From Callorhinchus milii (Eukaryota): a stretch of 64,000 bases of DNA. The stretch is from positions 105,526,001-105,590,000 of the forward strand of contig NW_024704743.1 in assembly GCF_018977255.1 (NCBI RefSeq), written 5' to 3'. A program made the position numbers and the translations under genes. Of the stretch, positions 39,606-51,697 are shown in pieces. The notes under the pieces are model-generated. The model was not told the origin of the DNA, ran no database searches, and worked only from the letters and a program-made list of their open reading frames with translations. Numbering within the stretch: the stretch's first letter is position 1; every line of letters begins with the position of its first letter.

Positions 39606-40326
39606 CAAGACTGGAGTGGAAGGATTAAAAGCTGTTGGAGAGAGATGCAAAAGAAAAGGAGGAAAGCAGAACAGAAGCAAAGATAAACTTTCATTTCCTG
39701 CCTGCAAATCAAATAATAAACTTCTGCATTATTCAAGGGGATTCTTTTTGACATTACTATTATAGATATTTGAAATAAACCGCAAGTACTTTACATGTAG
39801 ATCATATTTTCTTGGCAATGCGTGACTTAGCGAGGGTCTGGATAATCAAGTACTGGTAACAGTGGAATTCTAATTAAGGTAAGAAAGAGAATTACAGAAT
39901 GGATGAATAATCAGGAACACATTTATTGGAAAGCTATTGAATTTGAACACTTTTATTTTAAGAAATCCTGAACTGTGAAAAGATGATTTGGCCCATTATC
40001 CCCTGTTCTTGCTTTGCAAAACCTAACCTATCGTGGGCTTCCCCCCATCTACTTTATCTCTAAGGGAAAATATTGCATGCATACTCACTAAACCCCAAAT
40101 ATATATAACATTAATAATAATTCTTGCATTTGATATAGTGCCTTATCAGATCTTTGAGACATCTCAAAGTGTTTCACAGAATAAACTGTAAAGTGAATTG
40201 ACTGTATAGTTTGTGGGCAAATCCATCAAGCACTTACCCTGGAATATACAACTTGCCCTTATATAGAGGCCTTCATGTAGGAAAATGCCTCAGAATTCTT
40301 TGAGACGTTTGGCTGCCGAGCAAAGC

Positions 40327-40357
<31 letters not shown>

Positions 40358-40659
40358 TCCTTGCATTTGATATAGCACTTTTCACATCTTCTAGACATCT
40401 CAAAGCGTTTCACAGACTAGACTGTAAAGTGAATTGATTGTATATTTGTGGGCGAAATGCGGCAGCCAATTGCACACAGCTATGTCCCGCAAACACTTGT
40501 GGTTTGAAGTGACCAATTTATTATTGTTTTATTTTCTTGAGGGATTATTATCAGGCATGTGGAGTAAGGAAACTTGCTCAAGGTTTTACCCTGCTGGGAA
40601 TCGAACCCAGGTCTCTCATTTACAAAGCGAGAGCTCTAACCACTGAGCTACAGGACTCC
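40327..40659 (-). mobile_element. SINE family A short form, full length
   Basis: (AAT)n tail to ctctaaccactgagctacaggactcc; a further tail fragment lies at 40112-40222. Confidence 0.9.
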
Positions 40660-41044
40660 ACAAAGCATGAGCAGAAAGGGAAGATGAATGTAGATGCAAT
40701 TGAAGAAATAGGTTTTCAGACAAAATTTAAAGATGGGGGAAGTGGCGGAGGACGGAAGGGTAGATAAAGGAAGCATAGTTACTGAAGGCTCAATGGATAT
40801 TCATCCATTGCCAGATCTCAACCACCCAACTTTGCAGAGAACTCATGTCACCCTGTCTGAAATGCTTGTTCATTTGTCCTCACTTTTAGCATATTTTATG
40901 CTGCTAATGAAGAGCCATACCCATTGCTGATGTTCCATTCTTTTAATATAGATCCTTATGAATTTTTTTTCAATTAAACACAGCTGTTTAACTTCAGGGA
41001 GAAATTGTACTGCATGATAAACCTAGTTTATCATTTAATTTCTA

Positions 41045-41420
41045 GTCAAAAGATTGCCAGTTCAAACCCAATGTTGTGAAACCATCCAACGTATTCTGAC
41101 ACTCCAACGCAGTGCTGGGAGGGTGTTGTATTGTCAGAGGTGCTGTGCTTTGAATAAAATGTTAAACCAAGGTCTGTCTGCCTGTTCAGGTGAACTTTAA
41201 AGATTGCATGGCACTATTCAATCAGTCGGGCCAACAATCCCCCAAATAAATTTTGTCGCTCTCGCCATGTCTGTTTTTGCGACATTGCTGTGCACAAACT
41301 GGCTGATGTTTTGCTCGCGAAATATAGAGTCACACCACTTTATATTATATCCTATGAAGTCCTCTGAGATGTCTTGACAACGTGATCAGACGCTATATCA
41401 AACACAAGATTTTTATTATA
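41045..41420 (+). mobile_element. Deu-domain SINE
   Basis: gttcaaaccc head; gttaaaccaaggtctgtctgcctgttcaggtg core; tail. Confidence 0.7.
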
Positions 41421-41629
41421 ATTTCAGATGACTTGTAAAAGAAAGTGTCAGGAAATATAGCTTATGCTAATTTTATGAGTACGTATTTTTTAAATTCTGA
41501 ATACTAATAAAGTGCACTTATTCCCCTCATCCCCAAGAGGCACATGTGAATGTCACCAGCTCTTTTATATCACAAGTAAATTTCATAATATTCATATTCA
41601 TTTGTGATATTAAATCAAGTTCAAATTTC

Positions 41630-41962
41630 CAGTCAAAAAGTTGTGGGTTCAAACCACACCTAGTGAACCCACACAGTATATGTATATGATCCATTGTAGT
41701 GCTGGGGGGGATGTTGCATTGTTGGAGATGCCATCCTTCATGATACATATTCTAATCCACCTTTTAATTGGGTTTGGCTCCATCCTTGCCTATTTTGCAG
41801 TCCCAAGTCTCGGACATGCTTTGATCAACACTTCTGGATAGAGATCTGTTCTTTGACTACAAAATGCATAGTCACTACACCTCACAGTAAAATCCTGTGA
41901 AGCAGTTTGGGACATCTGGATGACATGATAAGGCATTATATGCAAGAATTATTATAATTGTT
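41630..41962 (+). mobile_element. Deu-type SINE, interrupted
   Basis: agtcaaaaagttgtgggttcaaacc head; tail at 41855-41960. Confidence 0.6.
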
Positions 41963-42049
41963 ATTTATTCAAATTGATTTTTTGTTGTGGGAGGGATATT
42001 AAAGCTCACTCTCCAGGGCCACTATAACTCCAAGAAGAAAATCTAGATA

Positions 42050-42595
42050 TTCTAGAACTCTGCAGCCCGTGTCCTCTCCTGCACCAGGCTCCATGACCCT
42101 ATCATCTCCAGTCTCGTCTGACTCCACTGGCTTTCCATCGCACAGTTCAAGATCCTGGTCCTCACCTTCGAAGCCCTCCATGGCCTTGCTTCCCCCTACC
42201 TCTACGACCTCCTAACCCACAACCATCCTACCCGCTCCCTCCGCTCAGTGGGCTCCAGCCTGCTTCACATGCCCTGCCCCCACCACCATTGGTAGGTGGG
42301 CCTTTGCCACTCTGCCCCCACCACCATTGGCAGGCGGGCTTTCTGCCACTCTGCCCCCACCCTATGGAACTCCATCCCACATTCCCTTTGCCTTGTCCCT
42401 TCCCTTGGCTCCTTCAAGACCCATCTCAAGATGCTCCTCTTCGACTGTGCTTTCGATCTCCCTGCTTCCCCTCTGCCCTCCACCCTCCCCAATCCCAACC
42501 CCCAGCTTAGGTCCGAAACATTGATTATCCAGCACCTTGAGACGTCCTCCCGACGTGAAAGGCACTACACAAATGTAATTTTGTTGTTGTTCTTG
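42050..42595 (+). mobile_element. L2 3' end with internal ~38-bp tandem duplication
   Basis: Homologous to the other L2 ends; tgcccccaccaccattgg.agg.ggg occurs twice; (TTG)n tail. Confidence 0.88.
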
Positions 42596-42925
42596 TAGTG
42601 GGCAAAACATAAATAGGGTTTTAATACTATATTTGTGTAGGCAGAATGTGTGTTGAAAATTTCATGATGTTTGTACACTATGGCCTCAACCCATTGTGTC
42701 CCTGCTTCTTGAAGGCCTTTCCTGAGGGAATGTCTGTGCAATGTGGTGGGATCGGCAGGTGAAGAACACCCATGTAGCAATGCTCTCACTTCTTTATTCT
42801 CTTGGCCTCGGGTCACCCAAAGTGTAAATCCATTAGACCACCTCCACTTGGAGGCTCCATGCCTGGCAAAAGGTATGAAACAAGTTTGTGCACAAAAGTA
42901 GGTCTACTGAACCTGTGTATGCTGC

Positions 42926-43185
42926 ACAACAACAACAACAACAACAAGATTGCATTTATAGAGCGCCTTTCACGTCAGGAGGACGTCCCAAGGTGCTGTT
43001 CAGTCGGGTCAGGACCCGAGCAGGGGGGAAATGGTCAGGGTGAGGGGAGGGAAGGGAGGGAGCGAGGAGGGGGTAGAGAGTCGAGAGGGGAGCTGAAGGC
43101 ATGGTCAAAGAGAAAGATCTTGAGACCGGCCTTGAAGGAGGAAAGGGAGGAGGCAAGGCGAAGGCACTGGGGGATAGAGTTCTAG
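42926..43185 (-). mobile_element. L2 3' end
   Basis: (AAC)n, agcgcctttcacgtcaggaggacgtcccaaggtgct. Confidence 0.85.
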
Positions 43186-44774
43186 AGCCTCCGGGCTGTA
43201 AGCCTGGACCCTTTTTATCACATATTAAAGGTGGGAGTATCCATGTGCCAGGTGCCTGCACTAGTTCCACTCTGCTTATGTGCTTTTATTTGTTTTGGTG
43301 TGAAAGACCTGTGGAATTCAGCATGTAAATTCACACGTTATCTTATTGCATTTCTTCAAATTACATCCTGTACATTCATAAAGAAGTGACAGAATTAGTA
43401 CCTTGCGTTTTTAATAGGAAGAGGAAATTAGAGGCACTCTTAAGAAACCTGGAGCAGAATTAATGAGAACTTGTTGAAGATTCTTTAAGACCCATATGGA
43501 AAGCTTCAGCAACAGATGAATCATACTTCCTGTATTTCTGAAGCATCTTCCTGATCTCCTGATGCCAGGAAATCTGAATTGCCAGCATCATCATTTTACT
43601 AATGTCAGGAATGCTGATTGAGCACTCAAAGGAGATACTTACAGAAGCTTAGATGTCCAAACATCAGACTAACTTTGTGTCAGAGCCTTTGGCGTTTGGA
43701 ATTTGATGCCAACCATTAAGGTCTTGGCATTGAATCTATCAGTGTGAAGGTTGATATTATGTTCTTGATGCTGAATAAGCTGACACTGATTCCTTCACTG
43801 AAAGAGTAACTGCCAATTTCTATGCCAAACAAACTGAAGAATTGCTAAGAAGCTTACAGAAAATAAAGCCATGTATCTAACAACTGCAAGTACCAAGGAG
43901 AAGGGAGTGAGGTGGTACAGAGTTGTGTTGGACTTAGTGCCACAGACACAAAGGGTCGAATGTCCCCTCTTGAGCAGAAAGATTTTTGTTTCTGTCTGTT
44001 TGGTGTAAAGGATATAGTCATCACTTTGAGGACAAGAGTTCCTCAAGAGAATAAAATAAGTGCTAGACTAGCAATCTCTTTCAGGAGTCAGGATTTACTT
44101 TGCAACATTTCCATCTGAGAGATATTGCTGAATATCAACAGCAACAACAAATTTACAAAAAAATTATTTAAAATGTAAGAATTTACATTTAATATGACCT
44201 GTAATATTGCAGCTCATGGATTATTCAGGAAACTGGGTGTATGATCCCCAGAGGGCAAATTGTGAACACATGGGGTGGAAACTTCATTGAACATTTGGAG
44301 CCTAACTTCCACAGAAAGTGCCTGGTACACATCGACAGTGATATGTTTACGGACATGTAGGGTAGAATCTATGGTGAAAATTTGAAAATGGTCAATTTTT
44401 ATTCTGAATAAAAAGATAATTTAATTTTACTGAAGGGCGGCATAGTTTCAAAACAAGAACAATGAAAAAACATATTCTAAAAGGGTGTAAAAGGCATGTG
44501 GAACAAGCTACCAGCATGGATGGGAGAACAAGTAACTAGATATTACGCTGTCTTGTGATGATACATATTGCTTGATTATAATAATCCTTGCATTTGATCT
44601 AGCGCTTTTCACGTCTTCTCGACGTCTCAAAGCGCTTCACAGAATAGATCGTAAAGTGAATTGACCGTATATTTGTGGGTGAATAATATGAGTAACAGGT
44701 TATTAATTCCTGGAAACGTTACCTCTATAAATAGTTTCACAAAGGAACTAGCCATAAAGCATCTATAAACACAA

Positions 44775-45255
44775 TATGCCCCAGTCCAGTACAATGCGTG
44801 GGAGCCACGCTTTGTCAGAGGGGCTGTACCTTGTGCGAGATGTTAAACCAAGCTCCCATTTGTATGTTCAGGTACATATTTAGAGATTCCAAATCACCTT
44901 TCAAAGAAAACAGACTTTGGAAACATAGAAATTTGCAGCAGAAAAGAAGGCCATTAGGCCCATAGTATCTGTGCTAGCTGTTTTAACAGTAATTCTTTCA
45001 GTCCCATTTACCTGTCCTTGCCCATACCCCTGTAGAATACTCATTTAAGGGATAAATCAGGTTTCCTTTTAAAAGTTTATCCCAGTGTCTTGACCAACAA
45101 TCCTCCAGATATAATTGGTTATTCATTTAATGGCTGTTTGTGGACACATTGCAGTGTCTAGGTTGGCTTCTATTTTTGGCTCAAAATGCAATCAGTAGTA
45201 CACTTTACAGTATAATGCTTTGAGAGGTTTAGACAACGTCTTAAGATATGAGGAG
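44775..45255 (+). mobile_element. Deu-domain SINE interrupted by a reverse CR1 3' end (~44918-45075)
   Basis: SINE core resumes at cagtgtcttgaccaacaatcc; the insert begins aaacatagaaattt...gaaggccattaggccca. Confidence 0.65.
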
Positions 45256-45259
45256 CATA

Positions 45260-45430
45260 TGTGATTCCACATAGTTTTAGCCTCTATGACCATTTTGTCT
45301 TAAAATTTGAGATTAGGCAGAACTGCAGTAAACTCTTACATTCAGCTTTAATTTGAGAACTGGATTTTCTGTAGCTCTTAAAAAGAAGTGACTTCCAATT
45401 GGTTTTCCACAATTAAACTTTGGCATTCCG
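45260..45430. mobile_element. Family M MITE-like repeat
   Basis: attccacatagttttagcctcta.gaccattttgtc similar to 9170 and 49803. Confidence 0.5.
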
Positions 45431-46959
45431 GTGCATATATAACATGCAAAGATTATTATAAGGAATATTCAAGAGATTGGTTCGGATGAAGAAGGCTCCT
45501 CAAACCATCTGATCTCATCCCACCACCCTACCATCCTCCCATCACAGCATCAAACTGTTTCTTGATTGATATTATATGTAACACCCAAAGGTTTGATGCT
45601 TTGCAAAGCTACATGAGGATCAGGAATAGTTTATCTCTATCAGGAGATGAATGCTGTTATCTTGTATTTTCAGGGGCATTTGTTTCATAATTTAACAATT
45701 AGCCACCTATCAGTCATTCCAACAGATAGCGCTTTTGCTAGAATATGTTATTTCACTTTCTGTCAGCCGTATATTGCCAGCAATTGTGCTCTTTTACAGC
45801 TGTTGCTATTACCTGCTGGCAGATGCTTTAAGAGCTGACTTGTTTAATTTATAAATTGCAAGATTTCTTGTAATGACAGATTATGCTGTGGGTAATACTT
45901 GGTCCACTACTTGTCTTAGTTGTTGCTGAGCCACTGTTTAACTATTATTAGATACAAAATAATTGACATGAGGGTGACGTGCCGAATAAACCCATTGCAG
46001 TGGTACTCAAATCACTGTCTGTCTGCCTCATGTGTGGAATAAATTCATGCGGTGGGGGAGGGGTGAAGTGAAATGATAATTATTTAATTATTATATTGCA
46101 TACTACATTCTTATCCCAATTGTATGTTTGCAATTTTTAAAAAAATCGAAGTGAGGGATGTTGGCTCTGAATAATAGAATATGCTCCCATTTCAGGTACC
46201 CAGTGTTAGCATCAAGCACTCCCAAGTGAAGTACAACATGTTGCAATCACGACTCTGCTCTGCTAACATCTTGCATCAGCTTCAGTCTCAAAAGAGCCAC
46301 TTCTGATGAAGTGTTACTCATCCTAAAAAGTATAAATTACCATAGCCTTAATAAGTTATCTTACCATGGTCAAACCATAGAACACAGGGATATGAACTCA
46401 ACCAGACAACAAAAGATGGAACATGTAGGTTTATTATTTTGCACAGAGAATAGATTGCTTATTCTTGAGGTGTTTGAGGGATAGAGTAAAATAGGATTTC
46501 TTTTTAACATTAGGAGCCATATCACAAGGTTTTCTTATGGTCCTATGTTCCATGTGATAGATTGTATGTCTTATACTAGTCATCCTGTGGCTTTCTCTGG
46601 ATTGCTAACACTGTTCTTGTGTTGTCAATCCACATCGTTTTAGAGTTGTACTTTGACTGCTCAAAACTCATTTCACATAATAATAAGTGCAGTGAAATGC
46701 AGTATTTGTGATGTGCTATATTGTAAGAAGTGCCATCATTTGGATGAGATTTTAACCTGAGATCCCATCTGTTTGTTCAGGTGGATATTAAAGATCTCAT
46801 AATAATGATCCTTACTTTTGGTATATAGTGAAATTCTGTTAATTGTACAGCGAAACTTATTCATTAAACCAAACTATTCATAAAACCAGATCAAACATAA
46901 GAGGAGGCTCAATTCCCTGAGTTCATATCCCTATCTCCACTAAACACTGCCTGCTTCGT

Positions 46960-47195
46960 GTCTCCTGTCTAATCCACCACACAATTGGCAAGCTCTCAGA
47001 CATTCTGCCTGCCCTCTGTAACTCCATTCTGGATTCCCTCACCTCACTCCTTCCCTCGCCACTTTGAGGGATACCTCTCTTACCATGCTTTCAGACATCT
47101 TCCCCCCAACCCCCACCCCCCCCACCAACTTGGATGGCTAGTGCTTTGAGGCATCCACCCAACATGAAAGGCGCTACATAAATGTAACCATATTA
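46960..47195 (+). mobile_element. Old L2 3' end
   Basis: ctctgtaactccattc...catgctttc...gaaaggcgctacataaatgtaa. Confidence 0.6.
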
Positions 47196-48129
47196 TATCC
47201 ACTAACTGATGCTCCAGTGTTAATTAACACAACCCAGATTGCAATTTTTACACCAATATTCAAAAGTTATCGTCTGATTACCTTTGCAGATCAGGGAACC
47301 ATGAGAAGTTTCCCTGAGACTTCATTTCAATCAGGAGGTTAAACTATAATAATAATCCTTATATTTGGTATAGGGCCTTTCATGTCAGGAGGATATTCCA
47401 AAGAGTTTCACAGGATATATGGGAAACTCCCACAAAAATTGCACGTATTTACAATAGAAAATATGTATTTTTTAAAAGATATAGGGATTGGATTCTTTTA
47501 CTGCATTTACCTAGTTAGAGTGGGTGCACGCACTTCATGTGAGCTGACATTTCATGTGGTGTTGTCTACAAGATTATTAATTTGCAAGAACAGATAGCTT
47601 GTGGATGGAATGTGCTTTAATTGCTTTTAATTGTTTTAATGTATTGTTGCTTAGTAACAGAGTCAAGTAAGATTATTTGGGAGATTTTCAGGTCTTTTTT
47701 ACAGAGTGTGATGGCAATCTTCATGCAAATTAGAGTTAAATAGAGAAACTATATATTTTTTGCTTCCAATCTATAAATATCTTCTGGAAATTTTGTAAGG
47801 AATGTTCAGGTTTGACTGTTTTACTGTTTCTCCCAACAATCCCCCAAATAAAACTGGTCACTCACTCCATTGATGTTTGTGGGACATTGCTATGTGCAAA
47901 TTGCCTGCTGTAATTAACCACAAAATACACAGTCACATCACTTACAGTATATCTTGTGAAGCACTTTGTGGTGTGTCAATGATGTATTAAGGTACAATAC
48001 CAAATGCAAGGATTTTTATATTAATACCAGAGGCACAATGCACAGATATTGTACTATATATTCTGCAAAATACAGTCATGACACTTTACAATATATCCTA
48101 TGAAGCGATTGGGACTGATGCTCCCTGTG

Positions 48130-49115
48130 CCTTCCAGTGTCAATACTCTTGATGTCTTCTTTGTGCATAATCATGATTCCACACTTTGGGGCACCCTTAT
48201 CATGTCTCACTAGGTGGTCCACTGTTCAAGGTGGTGAATGCAGGACGAAAGGCCCCCAGATGAGTGTACCAACAGCACAATATCATCCACAAACAGAAAT
48301 ACTGCAATCTTGTCAGAAAGGCCTGGACAAGTATACCAAGTCCGACCTCTTTAATGCAATCCAACATGACACGGATGAATAATAAAATAAAAATCCTTGC
48401 ATTAGCTGTAGCGCCTAATCATGTCTCAAAGCGCTTCACAGGATATAATGTAAAGTGGATTGACTGTGTATTTTGTGGGTGAAACTCAGCAGCCAATTTG
48501 AATACAGCAGTGTCCCACAAACAGCCATGGAATGATTGATCAATTTTATTTGGGGGAATTGTTGGCCAAGACACTGGGAGAAACTACCTTCTTTTTTCAA
48601 ATAATAAGATGGGATCTTTAACATCTCATCGGATGGGCGGCTCCTCTGGCAATGCAACACATCCCCCAGCACTACATTGGAGTGTCAGCTTAGCCAATGG
48701 GATTCTAATTCCCGGAGTAGGGCTTGAACCTACAAACTTCTGACTCAGAGGCGGGAGAATACATCGAATAGAATGAGTGACAATAGGCAACTTTGCCTTA
48801 CTCCCCTTTCTAGAGGAATAGGCTCAGAGAGTCCACTGTCAACTCTTACATGGATCATGGATCTGGGATACACATCCAAGATTGTGTCATGTATTCCTAT
48901 AGCTTCCAATTTCATCATGAGGGCTTCATGAAGCCTTGCAGAAGTCAATGAATGCAACATAGGTGAGTTACCCGCTAGCCTTACAATTTTCTGCAATCTC
49001 ATACAAAGCCACACTTATCCCACACATTCCTCACAAGAACAGAAGCCAGCCTTCCTGATCAAATCATGTACCTCCAATGTGTCCGATACACATGCAATGA
49101 TTACCCACAGCACTA
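48130..49115 (-). mobile_element. Decayed non-LTR reverse transcriptase, neither L2 nor CR1 (RTE/RTEX-like?), split by a SINE
   Basis: AGFCSCEECV..ALYEI..YVAFIDFCKA..HEALMMKL..GVRQSCLLSLILFDVF|IRVMLD..PGLSDKIAVFLFVDDIVLL..KCGIM, with stops and frameshifts. Confidence 0.8.
48382..48756 (-). mobile_element. Deu-domain SINE inserted in the RT remnant
   Basis: TSD GAATA at 48377-48381 and 48757-48761; removing the SINE restores the RT reading frame. Confidence 0.85.
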
Positions 49116-49795
49116 CTTTAAGAAACACTGAAATCAGTGAGATCCCTCTCTAGTTCTTGGATATATCGTAATATTATTATATTTGAGGTCATGTTTGTAT
49201 CACAAAATTGTAATACCAGTGTATTTTGTAGGTGAAACATGCATGAGATAGAAGATTGAGAGTCACCATGTTCCTGCCAAATCTTCACAATGCAAAAATA
49301 CATAGATATAGTATTACAGTTTACAGGCAGCACCTGCAATTGGAAGTGTAGAAATTGTAGCAAAAAAGAGGTGATTCAGTTAGTACCGATACTCGCTCTC
49401 CTGTGGAGAGTTAACTACACTAAATCCTTCTCTCCCCATTTCTTTTTATAACTTTAATCTTCACGTGTTCACCTAAATGCTTGCAATCATCCAGGCCACG
49501 TACACATTTAATCGAGTTGTTTCATTTATACTGGGTCTGCGGAACCAGAGGATCAGAGTATAAAAATAACAATAAAAAAAGGCCTCATCGCCTTATCATA
49601 TTGAACTGTCTCAAAGCGTTTCACACAATGAGTCTGAAGTGTAACACTTTATGATGTAGACAAACACAGCAGCTAATCTGAACCTGCAACATCTTGCAAT
49701 GTGCAAATGATCTGAATGGCCAATTCATCTGTTCTTTAATAAATTTGGATTAGCAGAAAATCAATCTTAGACCTGTTTTGCTTGATATAACATCA

Positions 49796-50030
49796 GAGCC
49801 AAAATTCTATGCAGTGTTAGCCTCTAAGATAATTTTGTCCTATAATTTAAGGTCACCTGGCATTGTGGAAAATTCTTAAATTCAGTCTAAGCCTGGAGGT
49901 CAGTTTAGCTGCAGATTTTTTTTAATAAAAGCTTCTAAATTAATATTGAATTCAAGAGCTTTCCACCACCCTGCAAATCTAAAGTTATAAACTGTATTAT
50001 TGTCTTTTAGGCTGGGTGGAATTTCAGATT
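49796..50030. mobile_element. Family M MITE-like repeat
   Basis: gccaaaattctatgcagtgttagcctctaaga ... tcttttaggctgggtggaatttcag. Confidence 0.55.
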
Positions 50031-50284
50031 AGCTGACATGTTTCATTCTTCCCTGAAGTGTTCTTTATTTTTTTTAGAGAAATTGGATAGGCTTCTAAAG
50101 GGCAAGAAAATGGTATTCTGGAGTTAATATTTAAAATCTCATCAGGCAACTACATTAATTAGAAAGAACCTGGCTTTTTTTTCCCGATTATCAAGTTGAA
50201 ATGCCTCAAAGCTCTTGGGGTCAAGTGTAGTTGCTGGTAGTGTAAGCCAAAAAGACAGCCACTTTGCATGAGATACTTTAAAAA

Positions 50285-50690
50285 GAATCTTTGTATTTGA
50301 TGCAGCGTCTTTCACCCTGGAAGGTCGTCTGAAACCACTTCATTGGAGTTACTACAAAGTGCAATGATTATATAATTGTAAGCAAAGATGGTAACCAATT
50401 TGTGGATAGCAATGTCCTACAAACAGTGATCAAGTGAGTAACAATATCTGGAGGATTGTTGGCCAGAACACTGGGAGAAACTCCCTTCTCTTGTCAAATA
50501 GTGCCATGGAAATGTCAATGTCCAACTGAACAAGTAGATGGGACCTTGATTTAACATCTCATCTGACAATTCAGCACATCCCCAGCACTGCATTGGACTG
50601 TCGGCCTGGGAGTTCAAAGTCCCTATATGGGGCTTCAATCCCCAGCTTCTGACTCAAAGCCAGAAATGCTATCAACTGAACTAGGCTGCC
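50285..50690 (-). mobile_element. Deu-domain SINE
   Basis: ttggccagaacactgggagaa, tagtgccatgg, tttaacatctcatc, cttctgactca. Confidence 0.7.
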
Positions 50691-50910
50691 ACTCATATAT
50701 TACTAACTGAGCCACGCATAAACTTTTTGTTACTGCCAAGAATTGTTATTTAAAACCTAGAGTTACTCTTTGCAAATGTGTTCATGTTTTAGGACCACTG
50801 TGGATTTATAATGATTTCCTATTTTAAGCCTTATTGTCAAAGTGTACTGAACTTACTAGCATTGCAGCATCCCTAAATGTAATACGATTCATCCATGCAA
50901 GATGTATGTA

Positions 50911-51027
50911 CAGGGTGACCAAAACGTTGTGATACCATTACCAAGTCTAACACGTCTTAAAGAAATCATGATATTTTTAGTTTTTTTTGATGATAGGGAT
51001 AGATATCATGACTTTTTGGCCATCCTG
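50911..51027. mobile_element. 117-bp Tc1/mariner-type MITE
   Basis: TA|CAGGGTGACCAAAA ... TTTTGGCCATCCTG|TA. Confidence 0.75.
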
Positions 51028-51697
51028 TAGATGTGAATGTCATTTGATTCTTCATGTCCTTTGACTCATTCATTTATATCAACTTTTAGAATAACTGAGT
51101 TAAGGCACAGAATAATATATTTATCCTAAGATAAAGAAAGAGCAAAGTTGCCAAACTTGCTCCAGTTCGTGGAGTTCATCAGTTCATTACTTCATTACGG
51201 AACAGACCTCACAGATCTATTTAAATATGCTGAGAGTTAATTAAACATTTGTGGAGAGACTCCAGAGAATAACCCTTCAGTAATGAAATATTTTCCTTAG
51301 CTTTCAAATAAGTATATATTTTCTGCATTACAACAAGCAGAAAAATATTTCCTGGAAATTACGAATTTTAGAAAGTTTTATTCTAAACCAGAGTATTTCT
51401 CCGCCTTACCAAAAATGTTTGCCCATTTTACCCCACCTTCTCTGGAAGGTAACTATCTATGCTGGTGCGCAGCTCTGGAAAGCAACAGCCTCTGTGTCTC
51501 ACCCTGTGATTATTCTTTGTGTGTGAGCAAGGCTAGTGAGTGTTTGCAAGTTATTTAACTTTGGGAGTTATTCTACAGGGGACCCCAACCCTGTCCTCAA
51601 CCAAAATCTCATGGTTCAACAATCACCAAGAGTCACTGAGTTGGAAATCATAATTTCCTCCACATCCCACATGAAGAGCATCATATAAGTGGAATTG

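Noticed and set aside
51430..51660. Old SINE-like relic (also ~46190-46310, 5690-6080, 6955-7130)
   Set aside because: Looks repeat-derived but is too decayed to name or delimit by eye.
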